A DNA stretch of 64,000 nt from Candidatus Poribacteria bacterium (GCA_965215015.1 OZ244042.1:5152001-5216000), one strand, 5' to 3'. Positions 41,124 to 52,225 are shown, counted from the stretch's first letter. Numbers and translations: made by a program. The notes: generated by a model not told the origin, from the sequence alone.

Positions 41124-42149
41124 ATGGCTTCAACAGATAGCAAGACCCGCATCGGTATCTACGGCTGCGGGTCTTGGGCAAATCGAACTCACATCCCGAA
41201 TCTGCTAAAACTCGATGGCGTTGAAATTGTCGCCATCTGCGATAGCAACCCACAATCGCTCAAATCGACAGCTGAATCGTTTAACATTTCTAGAACCTAC
41301 TCCGACGGACACGAGATGCTGGATAACGAAGATATGGACGCGCTTTACTCCGTCGTTCCGGCTTATGCGCGGGTTGATGTCGAAGCGACCGCCGCAACAA
41401 AAGGGATTCACATTTTCAGCGAAAAGCCCCAAGCATTGACGCTGGACGTCGCCCATAAAATTGACAATGCGATTCGGAGTGCCGGCGTGATCAGCACCGT
41501 CTGCTTTCGGGAACGATATCGCCCAATTTTTCAGGAAGCCCGTAAACGTCTGGAAGGGCAGAAAATCGTCCATGTTCGATTCCAAAGTGTTAGTGGACTC
41601 CCCGAACCCCCATCCGGATCGCAAAAGGATTCTTGGTGGTCTGATATGGACAAATCTGGCGGACAGGCGTTGGATTGGGGCGTCCACGCGACAGACTACG
41701 CCCGTTTCATGACAGGCTTGAAGGTTGATCGAGCGCAAGCGTTCTACTGCCAGCGTCCATCCTACCACAACCCTCTGACCTCTTCCTTCAACTACCGTTT
41801 CTCCAACCAAGCGACGATGACGCTGACCTTCATTTCAGCCGCGCCCAGTTTTCGGGCTGAGCCATGGTTTACAGTCTTCTACGAAGGCGGGTATCTGGCG
41901 ATCTACGGCTATGAATCCATTGAGGTCAACGGCGAAGCGGTCTATCAAGCAGAGTCGTTTGACCCATGGTTTGAGCAGGACCGCGTTTTCATTGAAGCTG
42001 TGCGGGCAAACGATCCCAGTCTCTTGCTGAACGACTACCACGATGGCCTTTTCTCTTTAGCTCCGGTGCTCGCAGGTTGGGAGTCCGCCCGTCGAAACGG
42101 GGAGTGTATTGATGTTCCGGCATTCATGGAGAAAGGGCAGGTTGATTAA
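41124..42149 (+). CDS. Gfo/Idh/MocA oxidoreductase
   Basis: IYGCGSWA, HIFSEKP, SGGQALDWGVHATD. Confidence 0.9.
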   Translation: MASTDSKTRIGIYGCGSWANRTHIPNLLKLDGVEIVAICDSNPQSLKSTAESFNISRTYSDGHEMLDNEDMDALYSVVPAYARVDVEATAATKGIHIFSEKPQALTLDVAHKIDNAIRSAGVISTVCFRERYRPIFQEARKRLEGQKIVHVRFQSVSGLPEPPSGSQKDSWWSDMDKSGGQALDWGVHATDYARFMTGLKVDRAQAFYCQRPSYHNPLTSSFNYRFSNQATMTLTFISAAPSFRAEPWFTVFYEGGYLAIYGYESIEVNGEAVYQAESFDPWFEQDRVFIEAVRANDPSLLLNDYHDGLFSLAPVLAGWESARRNGECIDVPAFMEKGQVD

Positions 42150-42212
42150 GCACGTCTTGGATCGCGTTTCCCTCCACCAACACAAAATCAAATCTAAACG
42201 AGGCAGTCAAGT

Positions 42213-44000
42213 ATGAGAAAATTAACCGATAATATCTTTTTTATTAAAGACACATGCAGCGTTTATGGAGTAACTGCAAACGATAAAACGCTTCTAATTG
42301 ACTGCGGGAGCTCCCCGACAAAACTTGAGACCAACGGTGTTCAGCGGGTCGATCAGGTGTTACTGACCCATTTTCATCGGGACACCTGTTCCGCTGCGGC
42401 CCACTGGAAAAGGGGTGGCGCGCAGATTATCCTCCCGTTTGCGGAGAAACGTTTCTTCGAGGAGACCGATCTCCTCAAGGCGTCTTATGATATTTATGAC
42501 AATTACACCTCCTACTACCCCTGCTTTGGTCCCTTGGAAGATCTTGTTCCGGACCAATACGCTTACGACTACGAGAGCGTGTCATGGGAGGGGATTCGTT
42601 TCGATGTGATTCCGCTGCCGGGCCACACGTTTGGCTCGGTGGGTTATCTTTTCGAGTTAGACGGACAACGGATACTCTCCTGTGGCGATTTGATGTCGGG
42701 CAGCGGGAAAATTCGGGACTATTTTTGGAGTCAGTGGAATTATATGGACTTCCAAGGGCATATCAATCATCTGGAGAGTCTGAAGACGGCTGTGGAGCTT
42801 AACGCAGATTTGGTTCTACCGGGTCACGGTGAACCATTTGAACGGACCGAGGAAGCGTTTGCCGAACTACAAGCGGCGTTGGAGGAATTGTATGAGCTCT
42901 TTCATGCCCACCCCTACGAATACTATCGCCCCGACTTTCGTCAAATCACACAGCATGTCTACGAGGTCACGAATTCTGGTGCGAACACCTATATTATTCG
43001 GGACGATGAAGGGCACGCGCTTTTCATCGACTGTGGCTATACATCTAACGCCCCCATCAGTGCCAATCCGCACCGTTTTATCAATAATCTGTCGCCCTAT
43101 CTCGAAACAGAGCTAGGAATTCACACCGTCGAATGGTTTCTGCCGTCTCACTATCACGATGACCACCTTGCTGGCTACCCGATGTTGCAAGCGTGTTACG
43201 GGACGCGGGTGGTGTCATCCCCGGAACTCAAGGATATCCTAGAGCACCCGGAAAATTACGACATGCCTTGTGCGGTGCCGCACGGAATGAAGGTCGATCA
43301 CGTCGTTGAACGGGGAGAGGCTTTCCAGTGGCGTGGGATTGAATTTTTCGTTGAACAGCATCCGGGCCAGACCTTTTACCATCATCTCATCTGGTTCACG
43401 GTGGATGGACAAAAATTCCTCTGCGTCGGAGATAATATCTCTGGGCTTTCATTCCGCGAACAGAGGGACTTTATTCACTCATTCATCCCCAAGAATCGGA
43501 CCCCGGTTTCGAGTTACCGGGATATGCCCCAACAGATTCTTGATTCTGCGCCGGACCAGATTCTTACGGGCCATGGTGGTTGCGTCCCATTCGATCGGTC
43601 GAAAGCAGAGCGTTGGGTTGATTGGATGGACCGGTGGACGAATCTCTTTACGCAGATTCTGGACCAACCGCACCCCAATATGGGGATGGACCCACACTGG
43701 GTGGAGTTTTATCCCTACAAGGTTCGTATCGAGCCCGGCGGGACAGTGACGTTTAACCTCACTATCACCAATCATGAATCGGAAGCGCGCGAGTGCACCC
43801 TACACTTCCGTTCTGTTGATGGCGTACAGCTCTCTCCGACAACGATAGATCTCCATGCCCCTGGGGGCACCAATACTACCTGTCAGGTGAAGGCAACCTT
43901 CCCGGAACGGTTTGTCACCCACGCGCTTCCCATCGTGGCAGATGTCACTTGGAATGGGGCACACCTCGGTGAGATTGCTGAAGCTATCGCTTACTGGTAA
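42213..44000 (+). CDS. Tandem metallo-beta-lactamase-fold hydrolase
   Basis: THFHRD..PGHT..GD..PGHG and a second SHYHDDH..PGQT..GD..TGHG domain. Confidence 0.88.
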   Translation: MRKLTDNIFFIKDTCSVYGVTANDKTLLIDCGSSPTKLETNGVQRVDQVLLTHFHRDTCSAAAHWKRGGAQIILPFAEKRFFEETDLLKASYDIYDNYTSYYPCFGPLEDLVPDQYAYDYESVSWEGIRFDVIPLPGHTFGSVGYLFELDGQRILSCGDLMSGSGKIRDYFWSQWNYMDFQGHINHLESLKTAVELNADLVLPGHGEPFERTEEAFAELQAALEELYELFHAHPYEYYRPDFRQITQHVYEVTNSGANTYIIRDDEGHALFIDCGYTSNAPISANPHRFINNLSPYLETELGIHTVEWFLPSHYHDDHLAGYPMLQACYGTRVVSSPELKDILEHPENYDMPCAVPHGMKVDHVVERGEAFQWRGIEFFVEQHPGQTFYHHLIWFTVDGQKFLCVGDNISGLSFREQRDFIHSFIPKNRTPVSSYRDMPQQILDSAPDQILTGHGGCVPFDRSKAERWVDWMDRWTNLFTQILDQPHPNMGMDPHWVEFYPYKVRIEPGGTVTFNLTITNHESEARECTLHFRSVDGVQLSPTTIDLHAPGGTNTTCQVKATFPERFVTHALPIVADVTWNGAHLGEIAEAIAYW

Positions 44001-44015
44001 GGAAAGGTTGATATC

Positions 44016-44130
44016 ATGACCCCCTCACACATTAATCCGGCGCAACACAAACAATTATTCCTCAACGACCACGCCATTGAGAGCATGTCCAACGTAATCA
44101 GGACGTTGCATCAACCTGAGAAACAAGGAG
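44016..44130 (+). pseudogene. Truncated 5' fragment of a gene following the MBL gene
   Basis: RBS-like GGAAAGG; MTPSHINPAQHKQLFLNDHAIESMSNVIRTLHQPEK, then runs into the RBS of the next gene and stops after ~52 codons. Confidence 0.5.
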
Positions 44131-44137
44131 GATTATC

Positions 44138-45096
44138 ATGTTTAACCGTTTGTTTGCCTTATCAATCGTCGTAATGCTTATTCTGTTTGCTGGCATTGGT
44201 TATTATCTTTATCAAGAGCATACCGAAGAGATAATTCCATCGTGGAACGCCCTTGAAATTAACGAAACTCCGAATGCGGCTAGGCTTAATTCGATAAAAA
44301 ACTGCTGTCCGTTGAGGTCCCAATGGAACCTCCCCCGATAGATAGATGGGAATATAAACCGCAAATCCAACAACCTGCTGCCACGGAAGAATTTGTTGAA
44401 ATCCCCATCGATCAAATAGAGTTTCGCGAAATTACAACCCCAGATGGCAAAGTTCATTTAGCCCCCTTCCCAAAGGGGAGTCCACCCATTGAAGGGGGAT
44501 ATGTCAGTTACCCGGAAGAAAATGAAAAACTGATTACCCCTAACAGTTACTTTGTGTTTGAGAATGTACAAGTCCCCGAAGGGGAAAACCTAGAAGATTA
44601 TCAGATGAAAACGCTTTTAGCTGCCGCACATGGCATTTCGATGGAAGAGGTCGAAGCGCAGTTAAAACAAGGGATGCTGACATATACTATAGAACCGTCT
44701 AACGAGAATTGGGCTGATGGTATAGAAGGCGCGGCGGAACTCATAGATTTCCTAATAGACGCGGGGGTGTCGGATGATGCAATAGATGCAACCTTTGACT
44801 CACCTGATTTATCAGAAAAATCTACGAACTCAGCTGCCGAGGTAACCGAGAAAAGTCAGGCTAAGGTCCCGGTTGCTCCGTCAGGCGTACCCGAAGCAGT
44901 CAAGTCCATAGCACCGGAAGCGGTCAACTCTAAACCCACTCCAGTTAAAAAAGAGTTGGAACCAAACAAGCGTGAGGTCGAAGAGCGCGAGATGCCAATG
45001 GAGGAACAACGCTCGCCGGAACGGACTCGGCGGTTACGGACGCCCCCTGCTCCGTCTGTACCGGAGGCACCGCAAGAGCCTAACATCGAACAATAA
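44138..45096 (+). CDS. Membrane-anchored acidic/Pro-rich protein split by one frameshift
   Basis: ORFs 44138-44341 (TM anchor) and 44323-45096 fuse if the A6 run at 44296-44301 is A7. Confidence 0.6.
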
Positions 45097-45117
45097 TAAC
45101 AAGCTAATGGTCAATAT

Positions 45118-45153
45118 AAACCCCCTCGCTCTATGCGGTGGGGCTTTTTTTTA
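45118..45153 (+). terminator. Intrinsic terminator
   Basis: CCCCCTCGC-TCTAT-GCGGTGGGG hairpin followed by a T-run. Confidence 0.7.
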
Positions 45154-45263
45154 AACTGAAAGTAGAAAAGATTATAATTAGAACTATAAAAAGCAATGGA
45201 GATAGGCAATTGGCTGTAAAAGCGTGTCTGCACCAGTATTACTATAATTTGTGGATAAACAAT

Positions 45264-45565
45264 CCCTGCTTTGGTCCCTTGGAAGATCTTGTTCCGGACC
45301 AATACGCTTACGACTACGAGAGCGTGTCATGGGAGGGGATTCGTTTCGATGTGATTCCGCTGCCGGGCCACACGTTTGGCTCGGTGGGTTATCTTTTCGA
45401 GTTAGACGGACAACGGATATTCTCCTGTGGCGATCTGATGTCGGGCAACGGGAAAATTCGGGACTATTTTTGGAGTCAGTGGAATTATATGGACTTCCAA
45501 GGGCATATCAATCATCTGGAGAGTCTGAAGACGGCTGTGGAGCTTAACGCAGATTTGGTTCTACC
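45264..45565 (+). repeat. 302-bp duplicate of MBL gene internal segment 42519-42820
   Basis: Direct copy; I count 3 substitutions. Confidence 0.95.
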
Positions 45566-45582
45566 TGGAGTAAAGGGAAGGT

Positions 45583-47133
45583 TCAATTTCCTGCGTTTGA
45601 CCAATCCGACAGGATAACAGCGGCGGCGTTATGCCCCGGTGCTCCAGTGACTTCGCCGCCGGGGTGTGTGCCTGCCCCGCAGAGGTAGAGATTAGTGATA
45701 GGCGTTCGATAGTGCGCCCAACCGGCGAGCGGCCGTTGAGCAAGGAATTGGCTGGCAACGATATCGAGGTGACGGATGTTTCCGTCGGTGAGACCGACCC
45801 GCCGTTCCAGGTCGATGGGTGTAAACAGCGACCAGTCCACGATAATATCACGGAGATTTGGCGCATAGGCGGAAAGGGTGTCAATAAGCCCTTCCCCGAC
45901 CTCTTGCCGCCGTCCATCCCACGTTCCCTCCCGTAGATGGACAGGGGCGTAGAGTGCCCAGATCGACATGACGTGATGGCCCGCCGGTGCCATTGTAGGG
46001 TCGTAGACGGACGGAATTTGCACCTCCATCACAGGGGCACTGGAGGGCAAACCATGTTTGGCCTGCTCCCAACTGCGCTCATAGTATTCAATGGATGGGC
46101 AGATCTTGATTTCTGACAGGTAGCGTGGGTCGAAGTCACCATTGAAGTAGGTAGAGAAATCGGGAAGGTCATTGAGGGCAGCGTGAAATTTGAGATAAGC
46201 GGCATTTGTTTTCAACCGCGTGGTGCTTTCTATGAAGTTAGGCCTGAGGTGTTCGCATGGAACGAGCTTGAGGAAGGTGCGCTTGGGGTCGGCGTTGGAA
46301 ACAACGATGCGGCTGCGAATCTCCGTACCGTCTGCAAGGGCGACCCCACAGGCTGTCCCATCCTCAACGATAATGCGGTTGATTGTCGCCCCGGTTTGTA
46401 ACGTTGTCCCGCGCGCCCGGGCGGATGCGGCAAGTGCCTGTGTAATGCTTCCCATTCCACCCTTGACGATGCCGTTATTTTCGGGTTTGGTAAAGTTGCC
46501 GCATTTGATATAGGTGTAAGCCCATGCACTCCCCGGCGCGTCGATATCGCCGGCGTCTTGCGCTTGGGCATATGCGCCCTGCATCGCCTCGGACTCAAAA
46601 AACTCGGTCAGTAGGTCTTTCATGCTTACGGTGAGGAGCCGGTCAAGTAATACTTCATCATCGGTGCCGCGCGCCCGTTCGGCGATTTGGCTGATCGTTG
46701 GGGGTGTCGTCAGAAAGTATGGATAGATAATGCTTGCTGCTCGCTTCCAAAAGTCTAACCATTTTGGAAAATTCTTCGCATCGCGGCAGGAGAACCGGGC
46801 AATCTCCTCTTGGGTGCGTTCCACATCGTCCCAGACAAGTAAGCGTGAGCCATCGGGATACGGTTGGAAGCGTGAGGGATCGAGGTGATAGACTTCAAAG
46901 CCGTGTTTGTGCAGCTCCAGTTCTTTGATGACCTTGTTCTGTAACAGATGGCAGATATAGGAACAGGCGGAAAATCGGTAGCCGGGAAACAGTTCCTCGG
47001 TTACACATGCTCCGCCGAGGCAATCACGCCGCTCCAACAACAGGACATCTAACCCTGCCTCCGCCAAATACCCCGCCGTAACTAAGCCGTTATGCCCGCC
47101 ACCGATAATTATGACATCGTGGTCTGGTGTCAT
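45583..47133 (-). CDS. Phytoene dehydrogenase-like FAD oxidoreductase
   Basis: GGGHNGL, LERR..GGAC, GGMGSIT, LYLCGAGTHPGGEVTGAPGHNAA. Confidence 0.9.
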   Translation of the reverse strand: MTPDHDVIIIGGGHNGLVTAGYLAEAGLDVLLLERRDCLGGACVTEELFPGYRFSACSYICHLLQNKVIKELELHKHGFEVYHLDPSRFQPYPDGSRLLVWDDVERTQEEIARFSCRDAKNFPKWLDFWKRAASIIYPYFLTTPPTISQIAERARGTDDEVLLDRLLTVSMKDLLTEFFESEAMQGAYAQAQDAGDIDAPGSAWAYTYIKCGNFTKPENNGIVKGGMGSITQALAASARARGTTLQTGATINRIIVEDGTACGVALADGTEIRSRIVVSNADPKRTFLKLVPCEHLRPNFIESTTRLKTNAAYLKFHAALNDLPDFSTYFNGDFDPRYLSEIKICPSIEYYERSWEQAKHGLPSSAPVMEVQIPSVYDPTMAPAGHHVMSIWALYAPVHLREGTWDGRRQEVGEGLIDTLSAYAPNLRDIIVDWSLFTPIDLERRVGLTDGNIRHLDIVASQFLAQRPLAGWAHYRTPITNLYLCGAGTHPGGEVTGAPGHNAAAVILSDWSNAGN

Positions 47134-47147
47134 CTTGACTCTCCTTC

Positions 47148-47347
47148 AAAAATTTACTCAGGTTTATACCTCCACGGATAGCCTTCGCATCAGTAACAGG
47201 TTTAAATTCTTCTAGTTCTTCCGGTGTTATAGGTTGCGCGTCTGGATCTCTTCCTCTGTCATTGTGTCCACTTGTTCCCAGTCAATTTTCTCCTTTGATG
47301 GATTATTCGGATCAAGTGTAACTCTCGTGATATTTTTTTTCGCTCAT
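47148..47347 (-). pseudogene. Decayed antitoxin/HTH regulator N-terminus
   Basis: Pieces KIDWEQVDTMTEEEI / PDAQPITPEELEEFKPVTDAKAIR in different frames; HTH truncated. Confidence 0.5.
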
Positions 47348-47463
47348 GAGGTTCTGCTATTCTTACTGAGATAATTCTTGTGTCAACAGAACCCGTAGGT
47401 CAAGATTCACATCTCGACAAAATACTGAAGCGGCTTTAGGTGACAACTTGATTTTAATATCGT

Positions 47464-48453
47464 CTAATGGGTGCGTCGGGCTAGGAAGTAATCCGCATTG
47501 GTGCCGAGTTTTTGTAGCAGCGGTGTTGTCAGTTCATCCAATTTTGCGATAGTCTCAGGGGAAAGGGTGAGTGCCGCAACATGTAGATTCTCCTCAAGTT
47601 CCGATAGATTGCGGGTGCCGACCAACTCACAGGTGATACCGGGCTTTGCAATGGTCCAAGCGATTGCAAGGCGACTCATGGGAACCCCTTCCGCCTCGGC
47701 GACTTTTTTAATACCTTCAACGGCGACGAACATTTCCTCCTCTGCCCCCTCTTCACCGTGCCCTGCCCTTTCCCGATCCCCACGAAAATGTCGGAACCGT
47801 GCGTGGACCGCTGGAATTTCCTCTGCTGTCTTATACATACCGGTTAGAAGGCCTTGTAGCAGCGGCATATACCCTAAAATCCCCATCCCGTGTTTTTGGC
47901 ATAACGGTAAAATCTCCAACTCAATCGCCCGTGATAGGAGATTGTAGCAGAGCTGGTTCACATCGATCTGAACGCCGGTGGCAAGGGCTTCGGACAGTTG
48001 CTCTACACCAAAGTTGCTAACGCCAATTGACCGGATCTTACCCTCCTCCTTCAACGCGTTCAAGGTTTCAAACGCGTCCTTAACAGAGTGTTCCGTGATG
48101 GGCCAATGAACGATATAGATATCGATATAATCCGTCTGCAATCGGCGGAGACTAGCATCGCAATGCTCGCGCAAAACTGTGGGCTCGGTATTGTTCGGAC
48201 TAATCTTGGTAGCGATAACCGCTTCGCTGCGCCGCCCTTTTAAGGCTATACCTACCGCTTCTTCGCTCCGTCCCTCGTTGTATCCCTCCGCCGTGTCAAA
48301 GAAGTTGATACCGTGGTCGAGCGCTGCGTGTGCCACCGCATCGACATCTTCTTGCGCTTGAGGCCCCCAGTAATCCCCTCCCCCATAAGACCAACCGCCG
48401 ATCCCCATTACAGAGATTTCAATGCCAGATTTTCCACATGTTCGCTTTTCCAT
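47464..48453 (-). CDS. Aldo/keto reductase
   Basis: FFDTAEGY, IATK, DYIDIYIVHWP, GKIRSIGVSNF. Confidence 0.92.
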   Translation of the reverse strand: MEKRTCGKSGIEISVMGIGGWSYGGGDYWGPQAQEDVDAVAHAALDHGINFFDTAEGYNEGRSEEAVGIALKGRRSEAVIATKISPNNTEPTVLREHCDASLRRLQTDYIDIYIVHWPITEHSVKDAFETLNALKEEGKIRSIGVSNFGVEQLSEALATGVQIDVNQLCYNLLSRAIELEILPLCQKHGMGILGYMPLLQGLLTGMYKTAEEIPAVHARFRHFRGDRERAGHGEEGAEEEMFVAVEGIKKVAEAEGVPMSRLAIAWTIAKPGITCELVGTRNLSELEENLHVAALTLSPETIAKLDELTTPLLQKLGTNADYFLARRTH

Positions 48454-48555
48454 TTATCGTTTCCTCTTTAATAGGACTTACGCAGTTGAACGCTCAACGT
48501 CCCGATGTTGTTGAATTGGAACACCGGTTACGGCATACGGAATATGCCTACTACT

Positions 48556-49395
48556 TTATTCCCATCGATCCAGTCCCAACAATTTTCGTCCTAATGGAGA
48601 CAGTTCTGCTGTTTGACCTGTTTGGTGCTCCTTCTCGTTTCGGAGCTCCCACGTCGTCACACCGGTGACCTCTATGACTAGTCCCGCTAGGCGATCTCGC
48701 CACGCTTTAAGCCGATGGTTTCGGGCGTCCTCATCATATCCCTGCGACGGGAACATGGTAATGTACTGTGCGACTCGTGGGTGCGTTGCTGTGTTGGAGC
48801 TGCTGCCGTGGGGCAAGGCACTATGCCAGATAATGAGGTCGCCCGCTGCTCCGGGAATCGGTTGCGCCCCAAGGCTTTCCAGATCTTGCTTACGTGGATT
48901 CGCCTCCGGCGGCAGTTTTTTTAACCAAGCCTCAAGCTGTCGATGGAATCTCGGTACGCAGGTGAACGCTCCCTGATTGGCTGCGGTGTCCGTCAGGTAT
49001 AACACCCCTTGAACCCAGAACTCAATTGGTAGTTGCAATTGGGTATCCCAGTGAAGTTTACCGGGATGTTTCCAATCTGGTCGCTCTGGCGGATTCATGC
49101 TGGCCCGATCAATGCTCACCCACAGATTCTCAGTTCCCCAAATTTCCGCAAACGCTTGATGAACGCGAGGATACTGACGGTTGTCCCATAGTGCCTGATG
49201 CTGATATATCTCCGTCATGATAGTAGAACGAGGCGGGTCGGGGTACCAGCTCTCCGGATCGTCGGGCCGCATCTCCAAAAAATTCCACACAGCTCGCTCG
49301 GCAGCTTTGAGGTTCTCCGGTGGCACGGCTTTGTGAATGACTATGTAACCGTTTTCCTCCCAGAATTTTCGGTCTTCTACCGTTAGAACAGACAT
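48556..49395 (-). CDS. PhyH-family dioxygenase
   Basis: ENGYIVI, LHWD, QGVLYLTD, AGDLIIWHSALPHG. Confidence 0.88.
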   Translation of the reverse strand: MSVLTVEDRKFWEENGYIVIHKAVPPENLKAAERAVWNFLEMRPDDPESWYPDPPRSTIMTEIYQHQALWDNRQYPRVHQAFAEIWGTENLWVSIDRASMNPPERPDWKHPGKLHWDTQLQLPIEFWVQGVLYLTDTAANQGAFTCVPRFHRQLEAWLKKLPPEANPRKQDLESLGAQPIPGAAGDLIIWHSALPHGSSSNTATHPRVAQYITMFPSQGYDEDARNHRLKAWRDRLAGLVIEVTGVTTWELRNEKEHQTGQTAELSPLGRKLLGLDRWE

Positions 49396-49631
49396 CTTTC
49401 TACCCTCCTCGATTCTCACCTGCTCATTCCATAAAGCTGTGAGCTCTGCTATACACCTATCGCCCCGGTGGGGCTATGTTGGTTGATTAGTTCATTGGCT
49501 CATTCGTACAATTAATGAACTTTTGAACTAATGAACTCTTGAGGTCACAGCATACGGAGATGAGTCGGGAGATTTAAAGCAATATGCCTACCACTACTAG
49601 CACCATTGGTTAGTCTAGGTGATTGCCGCCC

Positions 49632-50489
49632 TTATTGAGGAGGTGTCCAGTTTTTGATGTGCTTTTGCCAAACGCGCTCTACTTCACCTCGAATGGCTTG
49701 CACATCCTTCCATCGGTCTGGAAATACTGACAGTGTATAGCCCATTGCTCCCTGTTCAGGACAGACAAACATCTTTCGCCCCGGCGTCGCCGCCTGCAGC
49801 CAGACTTCGATGAGTCGATCCGCAAACTCGAGCCAGTCCAAGAACTCCGGCGTGAACTCGCCCTCGTGATCGAGCGCGGGGATCTGGCAGTGGTGTCCGT
49901 TAAAAGGACGGAAATGAAACTGCTGTGCAAGTTGGATTAAGTCAATCCGCTCTGCCAGTCGATCCCAGTACGGTGGCGACAGGTGCTTGATGATAGCAGG
50001 GTGTGAGAAATCCCACGTCATTTTTAAGGGGCGTCCCTCCGCTTTCTCAAAACCTTCTGCGAGCGCGTAAGCCTTTTCTGGCGTCTCAGTGCAGGTGTCG
50101 CGGTGCACCTCAATAGCCACATCCATCTCTAATCTGCCTGCGGTCTCCATGACTTGGCGTGCCCGTGTTATCGCTTCTTCTGTTGAGGTATCGTGGTCAA
50201 GCATCTGCACATTGACACAGACTGCTCCCACCTCTTTGATTGCCTGAAGCTTTGGTTCAACCTCAGCAGCCTCCCCTATATCCACAGTTGCTGCAAACAA
50301 TAACCCGTGCTGTTGTACATGCTCGGCAGTAACGACCGGTACTCGACCGAGAAAGCCATCGAATCCGGCGTTTTTGATCTCCACTAACTTCCGATCAGTA
50401 GACCATTCTCCATCCGCGTCGCCATAGTCTGTTAAGGTCCAGAGCGTTGCCATGTGTCGGATCTGCGGTGGGTTAATTGTATTTGCCAT
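49632..50489 (-). CDS. Xylose-isomerase-like TIM-barrel protein
   Basis: AGFDG, IEVHRDT, WDFSH, FHFRP, CPEQG. Confidence 0.7.
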   Translation of the reverse strand: MANTINPPQIRHMATLWTLTDYGDADGEWSTDRKLVEIKNAGFDGFLGRVPVVTAEHVQQHGLLFAATVDIGEAAEVEPKLQAIKEVGAVCVNVQMLDHDTSTEEAITRARQVMETAGRLEMDVAIEVHRDTCTETPEKAYALAEGFEKAEGRPLKMTWDFSHPAIIKHLSPPYWDRLAERIDLIQLAQQFHFRPFNGHHCQIPALDHEGEFTPEFLDWLEFADRLIEVWLQAATPGRKMFVCPEQGAMGYTLSVFPDRWKDVQAIRGEVERVWQKHIKNWTPPQ

Positions 50490-50690
50490 ATCATTTTCCT
50501 CCCAAGTCATAAGCGAAAAGTGGCGAATGCCTCCAACGTCGGGCATCAAGGCTTATATGAATCTGTGAAACCGGACACATCGCCCCCATTGGCTCACAAT
50601 CCACAAGGGATTTTTGATTGATTTTTGATTGAATTGTAAGTCTCGAAAGGATATACTAAAGCAAAATTGATGTCAAGAAATAAAGTCAGT

Positions 50691-50818
50691 TAGGAGTTAC
50701 ATACTTCCGTAGGGAGTCTCTGCTGTAGTTGCCCGATTCGCCGGGCGTTGGCAACGGTGCCCAGCGGCGACAAATCGCTGAACTACAAGTTTTTGGGCGT
50801 TCAACTGCGTAAGTCCTA
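50691..50818. mobile_element. MITE with TAGGAGTTACATA / TGCGTAAGTCCTA ends
   Basis: Same end family as 954-1344 and 57158-57344; internal REP shared with 10219-10331. Confidence 0.65.
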
Positions 50819-50884
50819 TCAGTTATGAAGATTGAGACCTGCTATTAACCACCAGTCCATCGACTGTCAATATCTGAGCCGAAG

Positions 50885-51964
50885 TCAGGCTTGTCGGATA
50901 AACACGCCGGCTCGGGCAGCAATGTCAATTGCTTTGCGTGCATCTACCACCCGGGGACCCTTGGGGTTCAATTGTAATTGGACGGTTACACCTTGCCGCA
51001 GTTCAATTTCGCGCTCGCCATCAAGGGCAAGGACACAGGGTTGTTGATGCTTCACAGTGACTGTTTCACCCGGTGCCAAAGGATGAGATTCCGTCAAGCT
51101 GACTTCGCGGAGGAGACCGGGGGCGATGGGAGCGAGCACCGGCTGCCCCCCCGACCCCAACCGAAGATATAGCCCCTGCTCGGAAGAGTTACCCCGGATT
51201 GGCGCGTGGGCACCGATTGATGAAAGACCGATGCTACCCGGCTCAACGCGGGTCAAAATAACCTCCTTTATTTTGGCTGCATCCCAGATGGCGCGGGAGG
51301 CAACGAATCGCTCATCGTAGACAGCGACATCTACCAGAGCGATGTCATCTGGCGTTTCGGTATCCCCAGAAGTTTGCGCTGCGTGTTCAGTCGAATTAGC
51401 GTAACCGAGCTCGCCCATCTGATCGCTCTCGCTGGCTTTTTCGCAAAAAATGTCCAGGCGGGGTGCCCGTTGCACCGCTTCATCTGCCAGCCTACGTGTC
51501 ACTAAGCCGGCTGCCATTCCGGCAATCGTTCCTTCCAGCATTGTGGGGAAAACGTTGTTAGTGCCGGTAGAGATTGGCATGAGGGGCACGTTACCACACC
51601 CCTTGGCTACCGCGCGGTTGGTGCCATCTCCACCCAATGTGACGATACAGCCGACCCCCTCCGCTGCCATGAGTTCAGCCGCCTGCGTTGAATCTCTTTG
51701 GGTGAACGTTTTGAACATAGGCAGAATTGAAACATCGAGCTCGGTCTGTAGCCCATCAAGTGCTTTTGGACCGATGCTGAACGAGTCGGGCATCAGAAAC
51801 ACGCTGCTAACGCCTACCGCCTCAAGTCCCAGCAGGACGCGGCGGACGATGTTGACCTTTTCGTCGTTGTTGAACACTGCACCGTGGGCAACCAGTCTAC
51901 GGATATCTCTGCCTGACGCTGGGTTTGCGATGATGCCGACACTGTTTGTATTATTTGTTAACAT
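50885..51964 (-). CDS. ATP-NAD kinase/AcoX family protein
   Basis: GIIANPASGRDIRRLVA, LGGDGT, STGTNNVFP, ALDGERE. Confidence 0.88.
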   Translation of the reverse strand: MLTNNTNSVGIIANPASGRDIRRLVAHGAVFNNDEKVNIVRRVLLGLEAVGVSSVFLMPDSFSIGPKALDGLQTELDVSILPMFKTFTQRDSTQAAELMAAEGVGCIVTLGGDGTNRAVAKGCGNVPLMPISTGTNNVFPTMLEGTIAGMAAGLVTRRLADEAVQRAPRLDIFCEKASESDQMGELGYANSTEHAAQTSGDTETPDDIALVDVAVYDERFVASRAIWDAAKIKEVILTRVEPGSIGLSSIGAHAPIRGNSSEQGLYLRLGSGGQPVLAPIAPGLLREVSLTESHPLAPGETVTVKHQQPCVLALDGEREIELRQGVTVQLQLNPKGPRVVDARKAIDIAARAGVFIRQA

Positions 51965-52225
51965 ATTGGGAAGATCTATGGAGAAGTCATCTTTACCGAT
52001 TGCAACGTTGGGAGATGTTACTTAGGTTTAGAAACGCTAAAATAACCGCCTCAAAGATTATAACACAGTTTTGTTATATTTTGTGTTGATTTTTTGGTAC
52101 AGCTTTCGCCTAAACTTTTTGGTTTAATTTCTGAGGTAAGCGTGCTACAATTTTGACAATTGTTGGGGCGCACCGTCCATTTGCAAATTTTCCCGTCGCT
52201 GCGCTCACGTTCAGGAGGTTAAATT

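Noticed and set aside
45138-45617. 159-aa MBL-like ORF as a real gene
   Set aside because: It starts inside a terminator and consists mostly of the 302-bp duplicate, lacking the HxHxD motif.
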